Notes: generated by a model not told the origin, from the sequence alone. A stretch of 63,586 nt of DNA, filler included, from Planctomycetota bacterium (GCA_026991575.1; 7 parts of 7 records of this genome joined end to end with filler, not necessarily neighbours in it); one strand, 5' to 3'; counted from the first letter of the whole stretch, positions 49,557-59,998 are shown. Numbers and translations: made by a program.

Positions 49557-51935
49557 ATGAAGCCCAAAGCGCTCTGGATTGCCTTCGGGCTCACCATTGC
49601 CGTCTCCTTCGCCGTACTCGGCTATTACGGCCACCAGATCTACCAGCAAGCAGCCCCGATACCAACGGCCGTTGTCTCCTCCGACGGCACCATCCTCTGG
49701 CACGGAGAGCAGATTCACGAGGGCCAGGCCGTGTGGCGCTCCATTGGCGGCCACCAGCTGGGCACCCTCTGGGGGCATGGCTCCTATGTGGCACCGGACT
49801 GGTCGGCCGACTGGCTGCACCGCGAAGCCCTCTACCTGCTGGAACGCTGGGCGCGGCGGGATCATGGCAAGCCGTACGAGGCGCTGGACGCGGAGCTGCA
49901 GGCTGCGCTGCAGGCGCGCCTTCGGCGGCTCATGCGCGCGAACGGCTACGACCCGAATACCGGCAAGCTGGTCCTGCCGGCCGAGCGAGCCGAAGCCGTT
50001 CGTGCCGTCGCGCGCTATTACCAGACGCTGTTTGGGTCGGCCACACAGTGGCCGGAGGACATCGCGCTACTGGCTGATGGTGGCTACAGCCCGGCACAGC
50101 TCCGCGAGATGTATGCCATGCGTGATGACACGGTGCCGGATCCACGGCGGCGCGAGGCGCTGAGTGCCTTCTTCTTCTGGGCTGCCTGGGCCTGCGTCGC
50201 CGAGCGGCCCGCTGCCGGCGGCGACGATGCGGGGACCTCGGCCGGGCTACGTCCTAGCTACACGAATAACTGGCCTCCTGATCCAGTGATCGGCAACCAT
50301 CCCACCGGCCCGATCATCGTCTGGTCGATTGTCAGCGTGGTGCTGCTGCTGGCCGGTATCGGGGCGCTGGCCTGGTACTACGCCACGGCCTCTGAGGATG
50401 ACGAGCTGGTGCCGAGTGGCGAGGCGCCACCGGCGGATCCGTTAGCCAGCTTTCGTGCCACGCCGTCGATGCGAGCTACCGCGAAGTTCTTTACCGTGGC
50501 TCTTACGCTGTTCGTCGTCCAGATTGCCCTCGGTGGGATAACGGCCCACTATGGCGTCGAAGGGCAGGGGTTCTACGGTATTCCGTTGGCTGGCCTGCTG
50601 CCTTACAGCGTGACCCGTACCTGGCACGTGCAATCGGGGATTTTCTGGATCGCGACCACGTGGTTGGCCACCGGCCTCTGCATCGCTCCGATTGTCTCGG
50701 GCCGCGAACCACGAGGTCAGCACCTTGGCGTCAACCTGCTTTTTGTCGCCTTGCTGATTGTGGTGCTGGGCACGCTGCTGAGCACGTGGTTGGGGCCGAG
50801 CCAGCGGTTGTCGCTGGCGGCGAATTTCTGGTTCGGGCACCAGGGCTACGAGTACGTGGACCTGGGCCGGTTCTGGCAGGTGCTGCTCTTTGTTGGGCTC
50901 TTGTTCTGGTTCCTGCTCATGCTCAGGGCTATGTGGCCCGCGGTGCGCCAGCCCGGACAACAGCGCCAACTGCTCGCGGTGCTGTTGATTGCATCGGCAG
51001 CCATCGGCGGCTTCTACGCAGCCGGACTGATGTGGGGCCAGCGCACGCACCTGGCAATGGTCGAGTACTGGCGCTGGTGGGTGGTGCACCTGTGGGTCGA
51101 AGGATTCTTTGAGGTCTTTGCTACCGTTGTGATCGCGTTTCTGTTCGCCCGCATGGGGCTGGTCCGAGTGGCGGCGGCGACGCGGGCCGTGCTGTTCTCC
51201 AGCACTGTCTTCCTTGCCGGTGGCATCATCGGTACGTTCCACCACCTCTACTTCACGACCACGCCGACGGCAGTCCTGGCACTGGGGGCGGTTTTCAGCG
51301 CGTTGGAAGTTGTACCGCTAGTGCTGATGGGCTATGAGGCGTACCACAATTTCCGGGTTGCGCGCATTCGAGACTGGGTGCGCGGCTATCGGTGGCCGAT
51401 CTACTTTTTCGTGGCGGTTGCCTTCTGGAACCTGGTCGGTGCCGGCCTGTTTGGCTTTTTCATCAACCCACCGATTGCGCTCTATTACATGCAGGGCCTG
51501 AACACGACGCCCGTTCACGGCCACACGGCGTTGTTCGGTGTCTACGGCATGCTCGGCCTGGGCCTGACGCTCTTCTGCCTGAAGGCGCTCGATCCGGCGC
51601 GGCCGTGGCGTGAGGGGCTGGTGCGCTATGCCTTCTGGGCCCTCAACGGCGGGCTGGCCCTGATGGTGCTCTTGTCCCTGCTGCCGGTGGGTGTGCTTCA
51701 GACGCTGGCCAGCATCAGCCATGGGCTGTGGTATGCCCGGTCGGCCGAGTTCCAGCAGCAGCCGGTACTGGATTTGCTTCGCTGGTTGCGAATGGTGGGC
51801 GACCTGGTCTTCGCCAGCGGCGCGCTGGCGTTGGTCTGGTTCGTCTATGGCCTGCGGCGGGGGTGGTCGTACGCGCCGGCTGTTGAGCCGCGACCGGCGG
51901 CGCAGCAGCCTCAACCCGAGCCGCTCGTCTCCTAA
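49557..51935 (+). CDS. norB: Quinol-dependent nitric oxide reductase (qNor)
   Basis: GHGSYVAPDWSADWLH, TNNWP, RTWH, WWVVHLWVEGFFEVF, GTFHHLY, SALEVVPL, VHGHTALFGVYG. Confidence 0.96.
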   Translation: MKPKALWIAFGLTIAVSFAVLGYYGHQIYQQAAPIPTAVVSSDGTILWHGEQIHEGQAVWRSIGGHQLGTLWGHGSYVAPDWSADWLHREALYLLERWARRDHGKPYEALDAELQAALQARLRRLMRANGYDPNTGKLVLPAERAEAVRAVARYYQTLFGSATQWPEDIALLADGGYSPAQLREMYAMRDDTVPDPRRREALSAFFFWAAWACVAERPAAGGDDAGTSAGLRPSYTNNWPPDPVIGNHPTGPIIVWSIVSVVLLLAGIGALAWYYATASEDDELVPSGEAPPADPLASFRATPSMRATAKFFTVALTLFVVQIALGGITAHYGVEGQGFYGIPLAGLLPYSVTRTWHVQSGIFWIATTWLATGLCIAPIVSGREPRGQHLGVNLLFVALLIVVLGTLLSTWLGPSQRLSLAANFWFGHQGYEYVDLGRFWQVLLFVGLLFWFLLMLRAMWPAVRQPGQQRQLLAVLLIASAAIGGFYAAGLMWGQRTHLAMVEYWRWWVVHLWVEGFFEVFATVVIAFLFARMGLVRVAAATRAVLFSSTVFLAGGIIGTFHHLYFTTTPTAVLALGAVFSALEVVPLVLMGYEAYHNFRVARIRDWVRGYRWPIYFFVAVAFWNLVGAGLFGFFINPPIALYYMQGLNTTPVHGHTALFGVYGMLGLGLTLFCLKALDPARPWREGLVRYAFWALNGGLALMVLLSLLPVGVLQTLASISHGLWYARSAEFQQQPVLDLLRWLRMVGDLVFASGALALVWFVYGLRRGWSYAPAVEPRPAAQQPQPEPLVS

Positions 51936-51953
51936 CGCAGCGGAGGGACGGCC

Positions 51954-52685
51954 ATGAGTCGGATTGATCTGAACGAACCGGTTGCTCGCCTGGTGATCGA
52001 GCATCCAGGTGTGGCGGAGGTCTTCGAGCAATACGGCATCGACTACTGCTGCGGCGGTCAGCTACCACTGAGTGAAGCGTGCCGGGCCGCGGGCGTTGCG
52101 CCGGAGGAACTGGTCGGAAGGCTGGAGGAGGTGCTCAGCCGCAAGGGTGACCAGCCGGAAGAGAATCCGGCTGGCCTGCCGCCCGACCAACTATGCGACC
52201 ACATCGTCCAGAGGCATCATGATTACCTACGCGAAGCGTTGCCGCGCCTGAGCGAGCTGCTCCGAAAGTCGCGCGACGCGCACGAGGCTGCTCATCCGGA
52301 GCTACGCGACCTGGAGCAGGTCTTCGCCGCGTTGCGCGCCGAGTTGGAGCAGCACATGATGAAAGAGGAAATGGTGCTGTTCCCTGCGGTGAAGCAGCTG
52401 GTTGCGGCGGCTCGGCCGCCGCTGTTTCCCTTCGGCACCGTGCGAAACCCGATCGCGGTCATGGAGGACGAGCACAACCATGCAGCCGACGCCCTGCGGC
52501 GGATGCGCGAGCTGACGGGCGGCTACAGGCCGCCCGAAGATGCCTGCGCCACGTATCGGGAGTTGCTGCGAGGGTTGTCCGAGCTGGAGCGTGACCTGCA
52601 CATGCACATCCACAAGGAGAACAACCTGCTGTTTCCCGCCGTGATCGAGTTAGAACAGAAACTCGCCACCAAGCCCGCTTCCTGA
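51954..52685 (+). CDS. ric: Iron-sulfur cluster repair di-iron protein (Ric/YtfE/ScdA)
   Basis: GIDYCCGG, HHDYLRE, HMMKEEMVLFP, PIAVMEDEH, HMHIHKENNLLFP. Confidence 0.96.
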   Translation: MSRIDLNEPVARLVIEHPGVAEVFEQYGIDYCCGGQLPLSEACRAAGVAPEELVGRLEEVLSRKGDQPEENPAGLPPDQLCDHIVQRHHDYLREALPRLSELLRKSRDAHEAAHPELRDLEQVFAALRAELEQHMMKEEMVLFPAVKQLVAAARPPLFPFGTVRNPIAVMEDEHNHAADALRRMRELTGGYRPPEDACATYRELLRGLSELERDLHMHIHKENNLLFPAVIELEQKLATKPAS

Positions 52686-52735
52686 CCACCCCGGGGCGGG
52701 TGACCGGGCCGGTTGCCCGCCCCGAGTTGGTCAGG

Positions 52736-52769
52736 TCGCACGACGTTTTCGAGTCGTGCGGCTTTTTCG
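52736..52769 (+). terminator. Rho-independent terminator after ric
   Basis: CGCACGAC-8 nt-GTCGTGCG followed by GCTTTTT; preceded by a longer hairpin at 52681-52735. Confidence 0.7.
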
Positions 52770-52949
52770 TGCGCGCGGGCCGTGGCCGTCGGGGACTGCT
52801 TTCAAGCTGCGGGCTAGGCTTGACTGGAAAAACAGGCGCCGGAGTCGGTTACCTGAACGGCGCGGGTGCGCCGCAGAAGGACCATCCGGAGTCTGGGCTT
52901 GAGTTCGGCAAGACCAAGAGTCCTTTGGGGAAAAGCGGCCATGGCGCAG

Positions 52950-53049
52950 NNNNNNNNNNNNNNNNNNNNNNNNNNNNNNNNNNNNNNNNNNNNTTAATTA
53001 ATTAANNNNNNNNNNNNNNNNNNNNNNNNNNNNNNNNNNNNNNNNNNNN
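52950..53049. other. Artificial contig linker
   Basis: N run, TTAATTAATTAA, N run. Confidence 0.98.
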
Positions 53050-53330
53050 GTAACGAACCGGCAACCGCCGCGCTGCGCCGCAAAATGCGGTGGTCACCGC
53101 GAGCTGACCGTTGCGTCCATGCACGTGCTCGACGGTGACAGGGACGGCCTCCGCGTAGGACACTCGCTATCCGGTGAAGTAGCCATCGCCTGATCCCGAC
53201 TACGCCGGCGCCACGGCAGCCCCCCTCCTGGGCTGATGTCGCCCGAAGTGCCCGGGGCATACCCGCCGGGCGATTGGGCGGCGGTATCCAGTGCCACTGC
53301 TTCCCGGGCGGCAAGCGGAACCAGCTCCTG

Positions 53331-56204
53331 TTAGCGGGTCAGGACGCAGTCCAGGTTTAGCACTGCGTTGGCGACCAGTGTCAGGGCGGCAGCGGAAGGG
53401 TCTGCTGCGAGCCGGCGCGCAAGCGAGAGGTCCTGACGATACAGCTCCAGCGCCTCCCCGTACAGCCGCATGAGCGTAGCAAGCGTTTCCGGATCGGGTT
53501 CGTCCCCGGTCGCGTACCGATACAGTCGGGTCAGCTGCTCTGCCAACGGGGCGTCTGCGCGTGCGCGGATCACCCGCTCGGCAAGCGCCCGGGCACACTC
53601 GATGTAAGCCTCATCGTTCAGCGTCACGAGGGCTTGCAGCGGCGTGTTGGTCATGATCCGCTGGGCCGTGCACACGGTACGCTGCGGTGCGTCGAAGATC
53701 GTGAAGCTCGGATATGGGATCGACCGCCGCCACATCACATAGACGGCTCGTCGGTAGCGGTCCTCACCCGTTGCCGTTTTCCAGCGCAGCTTGTTGTACG
53801 GCACCCGCCACAGGCCAGGTGGCTGAGGTGGCATCACCGGCGGGCCAAACATCTTGCGGCTAAGCAGTCCCGAGACCGCCAGTGCGTTATCCCGTACCAT
53901 CTCCGCCGTTAGCCTCAGCCGCGGGCCCCGTGCCAACGGCACCGGGCTGCCACGATCGCGAGCGTCCTGACCGTAGGTGGCCGATAGCACGACCTCGCGC
54001 AGCAGCCGCTTCATGCTCCAGCCGTAGTGCTGTTGCCAACGAACCGCAAGGTAATCCAGCAGACCGGGCAGTGCTGGAGGCGGGGTCATCGGTCCGAAGT
54101 CGTCAGGGGCGGACACCAGGCCGGTCCCAAAAAGCTCCTGCCAGATCCGATTCACACCGACACGGGCAGAGAGTGGGTTCAACGGGCCAGTCAGCCAGCG
54201 GGCCAGCGCCAAGCGGTTCCTGACGTCCACGCCCCGGCCGAGCAGCCGTGGCAGACGCGGTTGGACAATGTCCGTCTTGTCCTGCCAGTTGCCCCGTCGG
54301 AAGACGGCCGTCACACGACGCAGCCACGGATCCTGCTCTCGCATGATCGGCAGAGTCACGCTGGGGATTGCGGCTCGCCGGCGGCGCAGTTCCGCCAACC
54401 GTTGCATGAGCTCCTGGAACGCTTCCGATCGAACCCAGTTGTGCCAACTCGGATCATCCGAAGCAGCGTAGCGGCTGCGGTTCATAACGAGCGGAGCCGT
54501 TGCCCGGCCGGCGTCCTCCTGGCGAATCTCCAAATGGAGTCGGGTCCCCGGTGACAGCTCGACCGGCACGGCCGGAACTAGCACCAGTCGTCGCGGATGC
54601 GTGATACGGGGCTTGGCCCCCCAGCCGGGCTTGTCCGGTCTGAGCGTCGCCATCGGATCACCAAAAGGCAGCGTCTCGTCGCCCAACGCCCAGCTGAGCT
54701 TGATCGGGCGTCCCCCCTTGGTTGCGTCTGCCGCTTCTGCACTCACGAGCCACGCCTTGACCTCCGACAGCACAAAGCCCAGTTCCGGCGTGTGCACCGC
54801 CCGTTCCGGGTTCCGCGGCAGGACTTCGATGAGCAACGCGGTGATGCGTCGTAGCCGCTCGGGCAGGTCGAAAACGAGTGTGAATTTGGAATCGTGTGAG
54901 ACGGTGCCCGTTGTGTGAACTTCCTGGACGCCGTCCGGCCCGGGCTCGATCACCAACGTCGTCAGGAAGGTAGACTCCGCATGGACCGGCCTCAGGTAGT
55001 ACCAGGGGGTCGCCGCGGTGCGTCTCCTGGTCTCCGCGACAAGTTTCTGCTCCAGAATCTCCCGCTCATGATCCAACTGCTCAGCTTCCCTAAAGCGGGC
55101 CCGATCCCTGGGCACGGCCAGAAGCGGCAAGTCCTCCATCAGATCCCAGTCGCGTGTCGTGTTGAACAGGGCCAGGAACTCGTAGTACTCCCGATGCTCG
55201 ATCGGCAGGTACGGGTGGTTGTGACACTGGACACATTGGAACGTCAGTCCCAGCCACACCTGCCAGGTGGTGTTCACGCGGTCGATCACCGCCAGCGTCC
55301 GGAACTCCTCGTCGTCTGTTCCCCCTTCGGCGTTCGTTGGCGTGTTGCGGTGGAAGGCAGTGGCAATCAGATTCTCTAATGAGCGCTGCGGCAACAGGTC
55401 GCCGGCCAGCTGCGCGGCCGTGAAGCGGTCGTAGGGCATGTCAGCGTTGAGTGCCCGGATTACCCAGTCGCGGTACGGCCACATGGTGCGTAGGTTGTCC
55501 TTCTCATAACCCTGACTGTCGGCGTACCGGGCCAGGTCAAGCCAGGGGCTTGCCCACCGCTCGCCGAAAGCCGGTGACGCAAGCAGCCGATCGACGACCC
55601 TGGCCTGTGCATCGGGACGCTCTTCCCCGAGAAGCTCCTCGATTAGGTGCTCATCCGGTGGCAACCCGGTTAGGTCGAAGCTCACGCGACGGAGCCACTT
55701 CTTCGGCGGCGCCGCCGGTGCCGGCGACACCCCGGATCGAGCCAACCAGCGGCTCACCCAGCAATCCAGCCCACTGCGGCACCAGTTGCCACAGCTCTCA
55801 CCATGGGGCACGCGCAACGTCGGCGTGCGGAACGCCCAGTGTGGCTCCCAGCGCGCGCCGCGCTCAATCCAGCGTCTCAGACGATCGATCTCTTCAGCGC
55901 TGAGCGGCGCGCCATGATCCGCTGGCGGCATCCGATAGGACGGATCCGGCGATGTCACGCGGCGGATCAGCTCGGAGCGCTCCGGATCCCCGGGCACAAC
56001 CACTGCCTTGCCCGGCGGCAGTATGGTCTCCGGATACACGAACGAAACACCAGCTTTAGGCTTCACGCCGCCGTGGCACGTCAGACAGCGACGTGCCAGG
56101 ATGGGCCACACGTCGCGGCGGAAATCCAGGTCCGCTGCCACTGCTTCCGCGCTTCCGAGCCACCAGGCTGCCAACGCCGCCAAACAACCGATACGCGTGG
56201 TCAT
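53331..56204 (-). CDS. PSD1 and planctomycete cytochrome C domain protein (PSCyt1-DUF1549-DUF1553)
   Basis: DFRRDVWPIL..RCLTCHG, MPP, WIERGA, HWAF, RRVSFDLTGLPP, WLDLARYADSQG, CVQCHNHP, NTPLQAL; ATG at 56204 after GGAG (56222 is an alternative). Confidence 0.94.
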   Translation of the reverse strand: MTTRIGCLAALAAWWLGSAEAVAADLDFRRDVWPILARRCLTCHGGVKPKAGVSFVYPETILPPGKAVVVPGDPERSELIRRVTSPDPSYRMPPADHGAPLSAEEIDRLRRWIERGARWEPHWAFRTPTLRVPHGESCGNWCRSGLDCWVSRWLARSGVSPAPAAPPKKWLRRVSFDLTGLPPDEHLIEELLGEERPDAQARVVDRLLASPAFGERWASPWLDLARYADSQGYEKDNLRTMWPYRDWVIRALNADMPYDRFTAAQLAGDLLPQRSLENLIATAFHRNTPTNAEGGTDDEEFRTLAVIDRVNTTWQVWLGLTFQCVQCHNHPYLPIEHREYYEFLALFNTTRDWDLMEDLPLLAVPRDRARFREAEQLDHEREILEQKLVAETRRRTAATPWYYLRPVHAESTFLTTLVIEPGPDGVQEVHTTGTVSHDSKFTLVFDLPERLRRITALLIEVLPRNPERAVHTPELGFVLSEVKAWLVSAEAADATKGGRPIKLSWALGDETLPFGDPMATLRPDKPGWGAKPRITHPRRLVLVPAVPVELSPGTRLHLEIRQEDAGRATAPLVMNRSRYAASDDPSWHNWVRSEAFQELMQRLAELRRRRAAIPSVTLPIMREQDPWLRRVTAVFRRGNWQDKTDIVQPRLPRLLGRGVDVRNRLALARWLTGPLNPLSARVGVNRIWQELFGTGLVSAPDDFGPMTPPPALPGLLDYLAVRWQQHYGWSMKRLLREVVLSATYGQDARDRGSPVPLARGPRLRLTAEMVRDNALAVSGLLSRKMFGPPVMPPQPPGLWRVPYNKLRWKTATGEDRYRRAVYVMWRRSIPYPSFTIFDAPQRTVCTAQRIMTNTPLQALVTLNDEAYIECARALAERVIRARADAPLAEQLTRLYRYATGDEPDPETLATLMRLYGEALELYRQDLSLARRLAADPSAAALTLVANAVLNLDCVLTR

Positions 56205-56346
56205 GGCGGTCTCCAGCATCACTCGGCATTCAGCGGTGAAACAACAAGGGGGCTATCTCAGGGTGGCGCAGTCGCCCACGGCACTTGTGGGGATCCCTGA
56301 AACGGCGGCTCTCACGGTCATGCGCGCTCTGAGGCTCATGACCAGG

Positions 56347-57582
56347 TCAAGCCGGCTGAATCTTCCGTGACACAGGATCGTACCGCATTCGACGGCCCGC
56401 CTCGTAGGCGCGGGCGGCCAGGATGGTGGCAACAGCGTGCTGATAGCCGTAAAGCACGTCAGCATTCGGACGCTTTCGGGACCGGACGCACTCCAACCAG
56501 TTCGCCATGTGGTCATCCGAACCTGCAGCTTGAAGCGTACGCCTGTCGGCCTTGCTCCGTTCCGGAATCAGCTCCAGGCGGTTCGGTGTCATGTACGCGT
56601 CACCCAGCACAAGCGTCGCTTCGGTACCGTGTACGGAGAAGCCGGTCCCGGCACGGTTACCGAGCCCGAATCCCCAACTGAAAAGAAACCCTTCCGGGTA
56701 CTGAAGCAGAGCATGGAACGTGTCTGGATGCTCGCGGCCGTCGTGCCACACGTACACACCGCCGTGGGCGACGGCCGTGTCCGGGTAAGCCGCACCGGTG
56801 AGCAAGTGCACAGCATCGGCATAGTGACTCATCCATAGCCCGGCTGGTCCGTTGGTGCAGAGTCGGTATAGATGCCACCGGCGTAGCAGACGTGGATCAA
56901 ACGGACATCTCGGACGATTGAACAGGTAAGCGGCCCAATCGACGTCCTTTTCCTTGCAGTCGGCGAACGGGCGTGCCCAGCGCGGTTGGTTGAAATTGGC
57001 CTGAGCCACGATCCGGTTGATCTGCCCTAAGGCACCGGAGCGGATCACATCGGCCGCTGCTCGGTAACCGCCGTGGCTGCGGTACTGTGTGCCAACCTGG
57101 ACGATCCGGTCCGTCTGCTGGGCCGTATCCAGGAGTTCGTTCGCTTCATCGATGTCAATAGCCAGGGGCTTCTCCACATACACGTCCTTGCCGGCGCGTA
57201 GGGCCGCGATGGTGATCGCCGCGTGCGCAAAGTCCGGGGTCGCGATGACAACGGCATCAACACGCTCGCTGGCCAACAGCTCCTCAAATCGTGTGGTCAT
57301 TGCTGGGCGGCTGCCGAACAACTGCGCGGCGCGGTTTGCCGCTCGCTCAAGGTTCACACGCCAGACGTCGCAGACAGCGGTTACCGTAGCGGGACAGCGG
57401 TCGGCCACCTTAGCAATCCAACGCATCAGGAACGAGCCGCGGTCGCCGACGCCGATCATCCCGATCTGAATCCGGTCGTTGACCAGCGGCTGGGCGCGGC
57501 CAGGAGCTGCCAGCACGGCCGTGGCCGAGATGGCGGTCGAGCAGGCCAGCCAACGGCGGCGTGAAATCGCAGCGCGTCTCAT
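56347..57582 (-). CDS. Gfo/Idh/MocA family oxidoreductase with Tat-like signal
   Basis: SRRRWL, IGMIGVGDRG, DAVVIATPD, GKDVYVEKP, VQVGTQYRS. Confidence 0.93.
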   Translation of the reverse strand: MRRAAISRRRWLACSTAISATAVLAAPGRAQPLVNDRIQIGMIGVGDRGSFLMRWIAKVADRCPATVTAVCDVWRVNLERAANRAAQLFGSRPAMTTRFEELLASERVDAVVIATPDFAHAAITIAALRAGKDVYVEKPLAIDIDEANELLDTAQQTDRIVQVGTQYRSHGGYRAAADVIRSGALGQINRIVAQANFNQPRWARPFADCKEKDVDWAAYLFNRPRCPFDPRLLRRWHLYRLCTNGPAGLWMSHYADAVHLLTGAAYPDTAVAHGGVYVWHDGREHPDTFHALLQYPEGFLFSWGFGLGNRAGTGFSVHGTEATLVLGDAYMTPNRLELIPERSKADRRTLQAAGSDDHMANWLECVRSRKRPNADVLYGYQHAVATILAARAYEAGRRMRYDPVSRKIQPA

Positions 57583-58085
57583 TGGTGAATCCTCCAGCAA
57601 GCACGCCTGTTGCCTTGTCTGTCTGACGCGCCCGGTTTAGAGGTCCGTCGGCCAGCACGAGCCGCACAGAGAACGCGCCCCCGCGTGTCCAGGCCAACGG
57701 CTTCGTGGGGTGCCAATCAGGACCGTGGCGGGCCTAGCACTGAAACACCAACGCAGCGACCCCTTGCGTCGTTCGCAACGTCCGTTGATCGCCCCCGTAC
57801 AAAGCTTACCGAAAGTGCGCCCGGCAGGTCCCGGAATGCCGGCCGCTGAGGCTTCTGATGCAGGCTGCTCTGGCTCCCTGAGCTTCACCAGCGCCGCCGG
57901 CGGTCTGGATGGTCGCTCCCTGTCCCCTAGACGGCACAGGCCACCTAACAAGCGCCCGCCGTTGCTTGGATGTTGCGCTATTGAGCGTAGGGGGACCTTT
58001 GGTGGTTGCCCTGACATCCGGTCCGCGGCGGAGCGGTCCCGGGTTAGCATTGCTCCGGGTGCCGCGACCGCGGCATGCTTCAGCA

Positions 58086-58335
58086 CTACCTGCTGGCGGG
58101 AACCACTTCCCAGCGGACCAGACTGTCGTGATCCTTGACCAGCAGGCCGTCGGGCAACAGTACCGGGTAGGACCAGCAGTCGGTGTCGGTAATCTGGTGC
58201 CTCGCCACCACCGTGTAGCGATCGGCCGATGCGTCAAGCACGCGCAGCTCACCGCTAGAGAGCAAAACAACAACGTACGGTCCCGCGGCAAGCAGCGTGG
58301 CGTATTCGGCCGTGCGCGGCGGGCCCAACCATATG
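58086..58335 (-). CDS. C-terminal fragment of a PQQ-like beta-propeller protein
   Basis: GELRVLDAS...YTVVAR...CWSYPVL..G.LLVKD matches the usual last blades of planctomycete PQQ-like proteins. Confidence 0.75.
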
Positions 58336-58435
58336 NNNNNNNNNNNNNNNNNNNNNNNNNNNNNNNNNNNNNNNNNNNNTTAATTAATTAANNNNNNNNN
58401 NNNNNNNNNNNNNNNNNNNNNNNNNNNNNNNNNNN
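58336..58435. other. Artificial contig linker
   Basis: N run, TTAATTAATTAA, N run. Confidence 0.98.
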
Positions 58436-58582
58436 GCGCTCGCGAAGCGACACCGTGCCCTGCTCCGCCTCCCGCTTGCCGACGATCGCCATGTAGGGAA
58501 TCTTCTCCAGCTGCGCGTCGCGGATCTTGTGGCCAATCTTTTCGGCACCAAGATCGATCTCGCCCCGGAAACCAGCCGCTAA
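58436..58582 (-). pseudogene. thrS: Orphan 3' fragment of threonyl-tRNA synthetase (anticodon-binding domain)
   Basis: [48 protein letters not shown]; upstream sequence is not thrS and has an in-frame stop. Confidence 0.85.
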
Positions 58583-58728
58583 ACGGTTTGTCATATAAGG
58601 TTACGCGGGCGCAGGAGAGGCGGTAGGTTTCCAGTCCCACGGACGATCGCGGTGACGTGGTGTGTTGGATCGGGAGCGATTGGCAAAGTACCTGGGGTTT
58701 ATTGCTGAAGAGATCTTGCACAAGAAAA

Positions 58729-58776
58729 CGCCTCCGTGCCATAGGTTAGGAAAAGCAAACCAAGAGCACGGAGGCG
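58729..58776 (+). promoter_or_regulatory. Hairpin sequestering the transposase RBS
   Basis: Perfect 11-bp inverted repeat CGCCTCCGTGC / GCACGGAGGCG containing GGAGG just upstream of ATG 58781. Confidence 0.7.
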
Positions 58777-58780
58777 AGCA

Positions 58781-59998
58781 ATGGCAAGAGAAAACTGGAA
58801 ATTTTCGGACGCCTGTTGCGAGCAATTGTGGCAGTTCGCGGCGGATCTGGCAAGGCCAATTCTGAGGGAGGCGGCACGTTGGCTGGTAGCAAGGTTGACG
58901 CTTGGGCTAGGCCTTGCCGGTGCACCTCACCTGACGAGAGCGTTGCGTGTCCGCGGTGCGTTGGGCGATGAGAAGTTGATGCGGCTGGAGAACCGCGCCT
59001 CCCGTCTGCTCCGGCAGCAGGCAAGTGATCGGGTGCCGGAGCCCTACGTCGACCTGGCGATTGATCGTTACAAGAAGCGGGTGCTGAAGCACTTGCGTGA
59101 GCAGGTGCTGGTGGCGGTGGATGAGACGGATCTGTCGAAGCCGTGGGCGAGGCGTCTGGAGGGGTTGGGTCGGGCGAAGGATCATAGTGATCCGGCAGGG
59201 GTGCCGCGTCCTGGGTACATGGCAGTGCCGGCAACGGCCGTGGAGCATGGTCGGCTGATACCGCTGGATCTGGCTTTGTTGGCGATGTATTCGGGTCGAG
59301 GGGACAGCGAGAACCGGGAGATGATCGCGCTTGTGCTTGGCGTGATGGAGTGGCTGGTGGCAGCGGGCAAGGAGCCGTTGTTTCTGATGGACCGTGGGTT
59401 TGACCGGGTGGAGATTCTTCGGGCGTTGCTGGCGGCGGAGTGTCCGTTTGCGGTGCGTTCACGCGGGGACCGGCATGTGGTGCTGCCGGACGGCGAAGTG
59501 CTGAGGATTTCGGAACTTGCGGAACGATTGTCGGAGGGGGCGGAAGGCGTTCATCGGATCAGAGGATTTCGGGTGTGCCTGCCTGATCTGGAGGAGTACG
59601 AATGTCTGTGCGTGGTGGCGTTGTTGCCTGGTCGTGCTCCGCTGTACCTGCTGGTGTCGCCAGCGGCACGTGGTAGGGGTCGTACGCCGGAGTGGTGGGT
59701 GAATCGCTACACGAAGCGTTGGGCAGCGGAGCAGTTGAATCGGGGTCTGAAGCAGCTGTTCGATTTGGAGAAGTTCTTGGTGCGGACGTGGATGGCCATT
59801 CTACGGCTGATCTGGCTGTGTGCGATGGTGTTGTTCTGGATCAGTTGGTTCGCGTCCGAGCACAAGGCCGTCGTGATGTCGGAGCTGCGGAGGAAGGGGT
59901 ACGTGAGCAAGGAGCCTGAGTGGCTCTTCTACGCGTTGTGCGAGTGGATCCTGCGTGACGATCCACCGTTGGCGGGGTACATGCCAGGGGGGCCCTGA
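58781..59998 (+). mobile_element. IS4-superfamily DDE transposase (element ends not resolved)
   Basis: VAVDETD, LMDRGFD, YTKRWAAEQLNRGLKQ (YREK-like signature). Confidence 0.88.

Noticed and set aside
49557..51935. Nitric oxide dismutase (Nod)
   Set aside because: Canonical qNor motifs HLWVEGFFE, HH and ALE are intact.
53050..53330. Start of a DUF1501 partner downstream of the PSD1 gene
   Set aside because: No convincing frame or Tat motif before the gap.
57600..58085. ncRNA or small gene in the 485-bp intergenic region
   Set aside because: No recognisable motif, stable long stem or credible ORF.
5567..58435. Six identical TTAATTAATTAA motifs inside N runs as a repeat family
   Set aside because: Artificial six-frame-stop contig linkers; cross-linker neighbourhoods and ORFs containing X were ignored.
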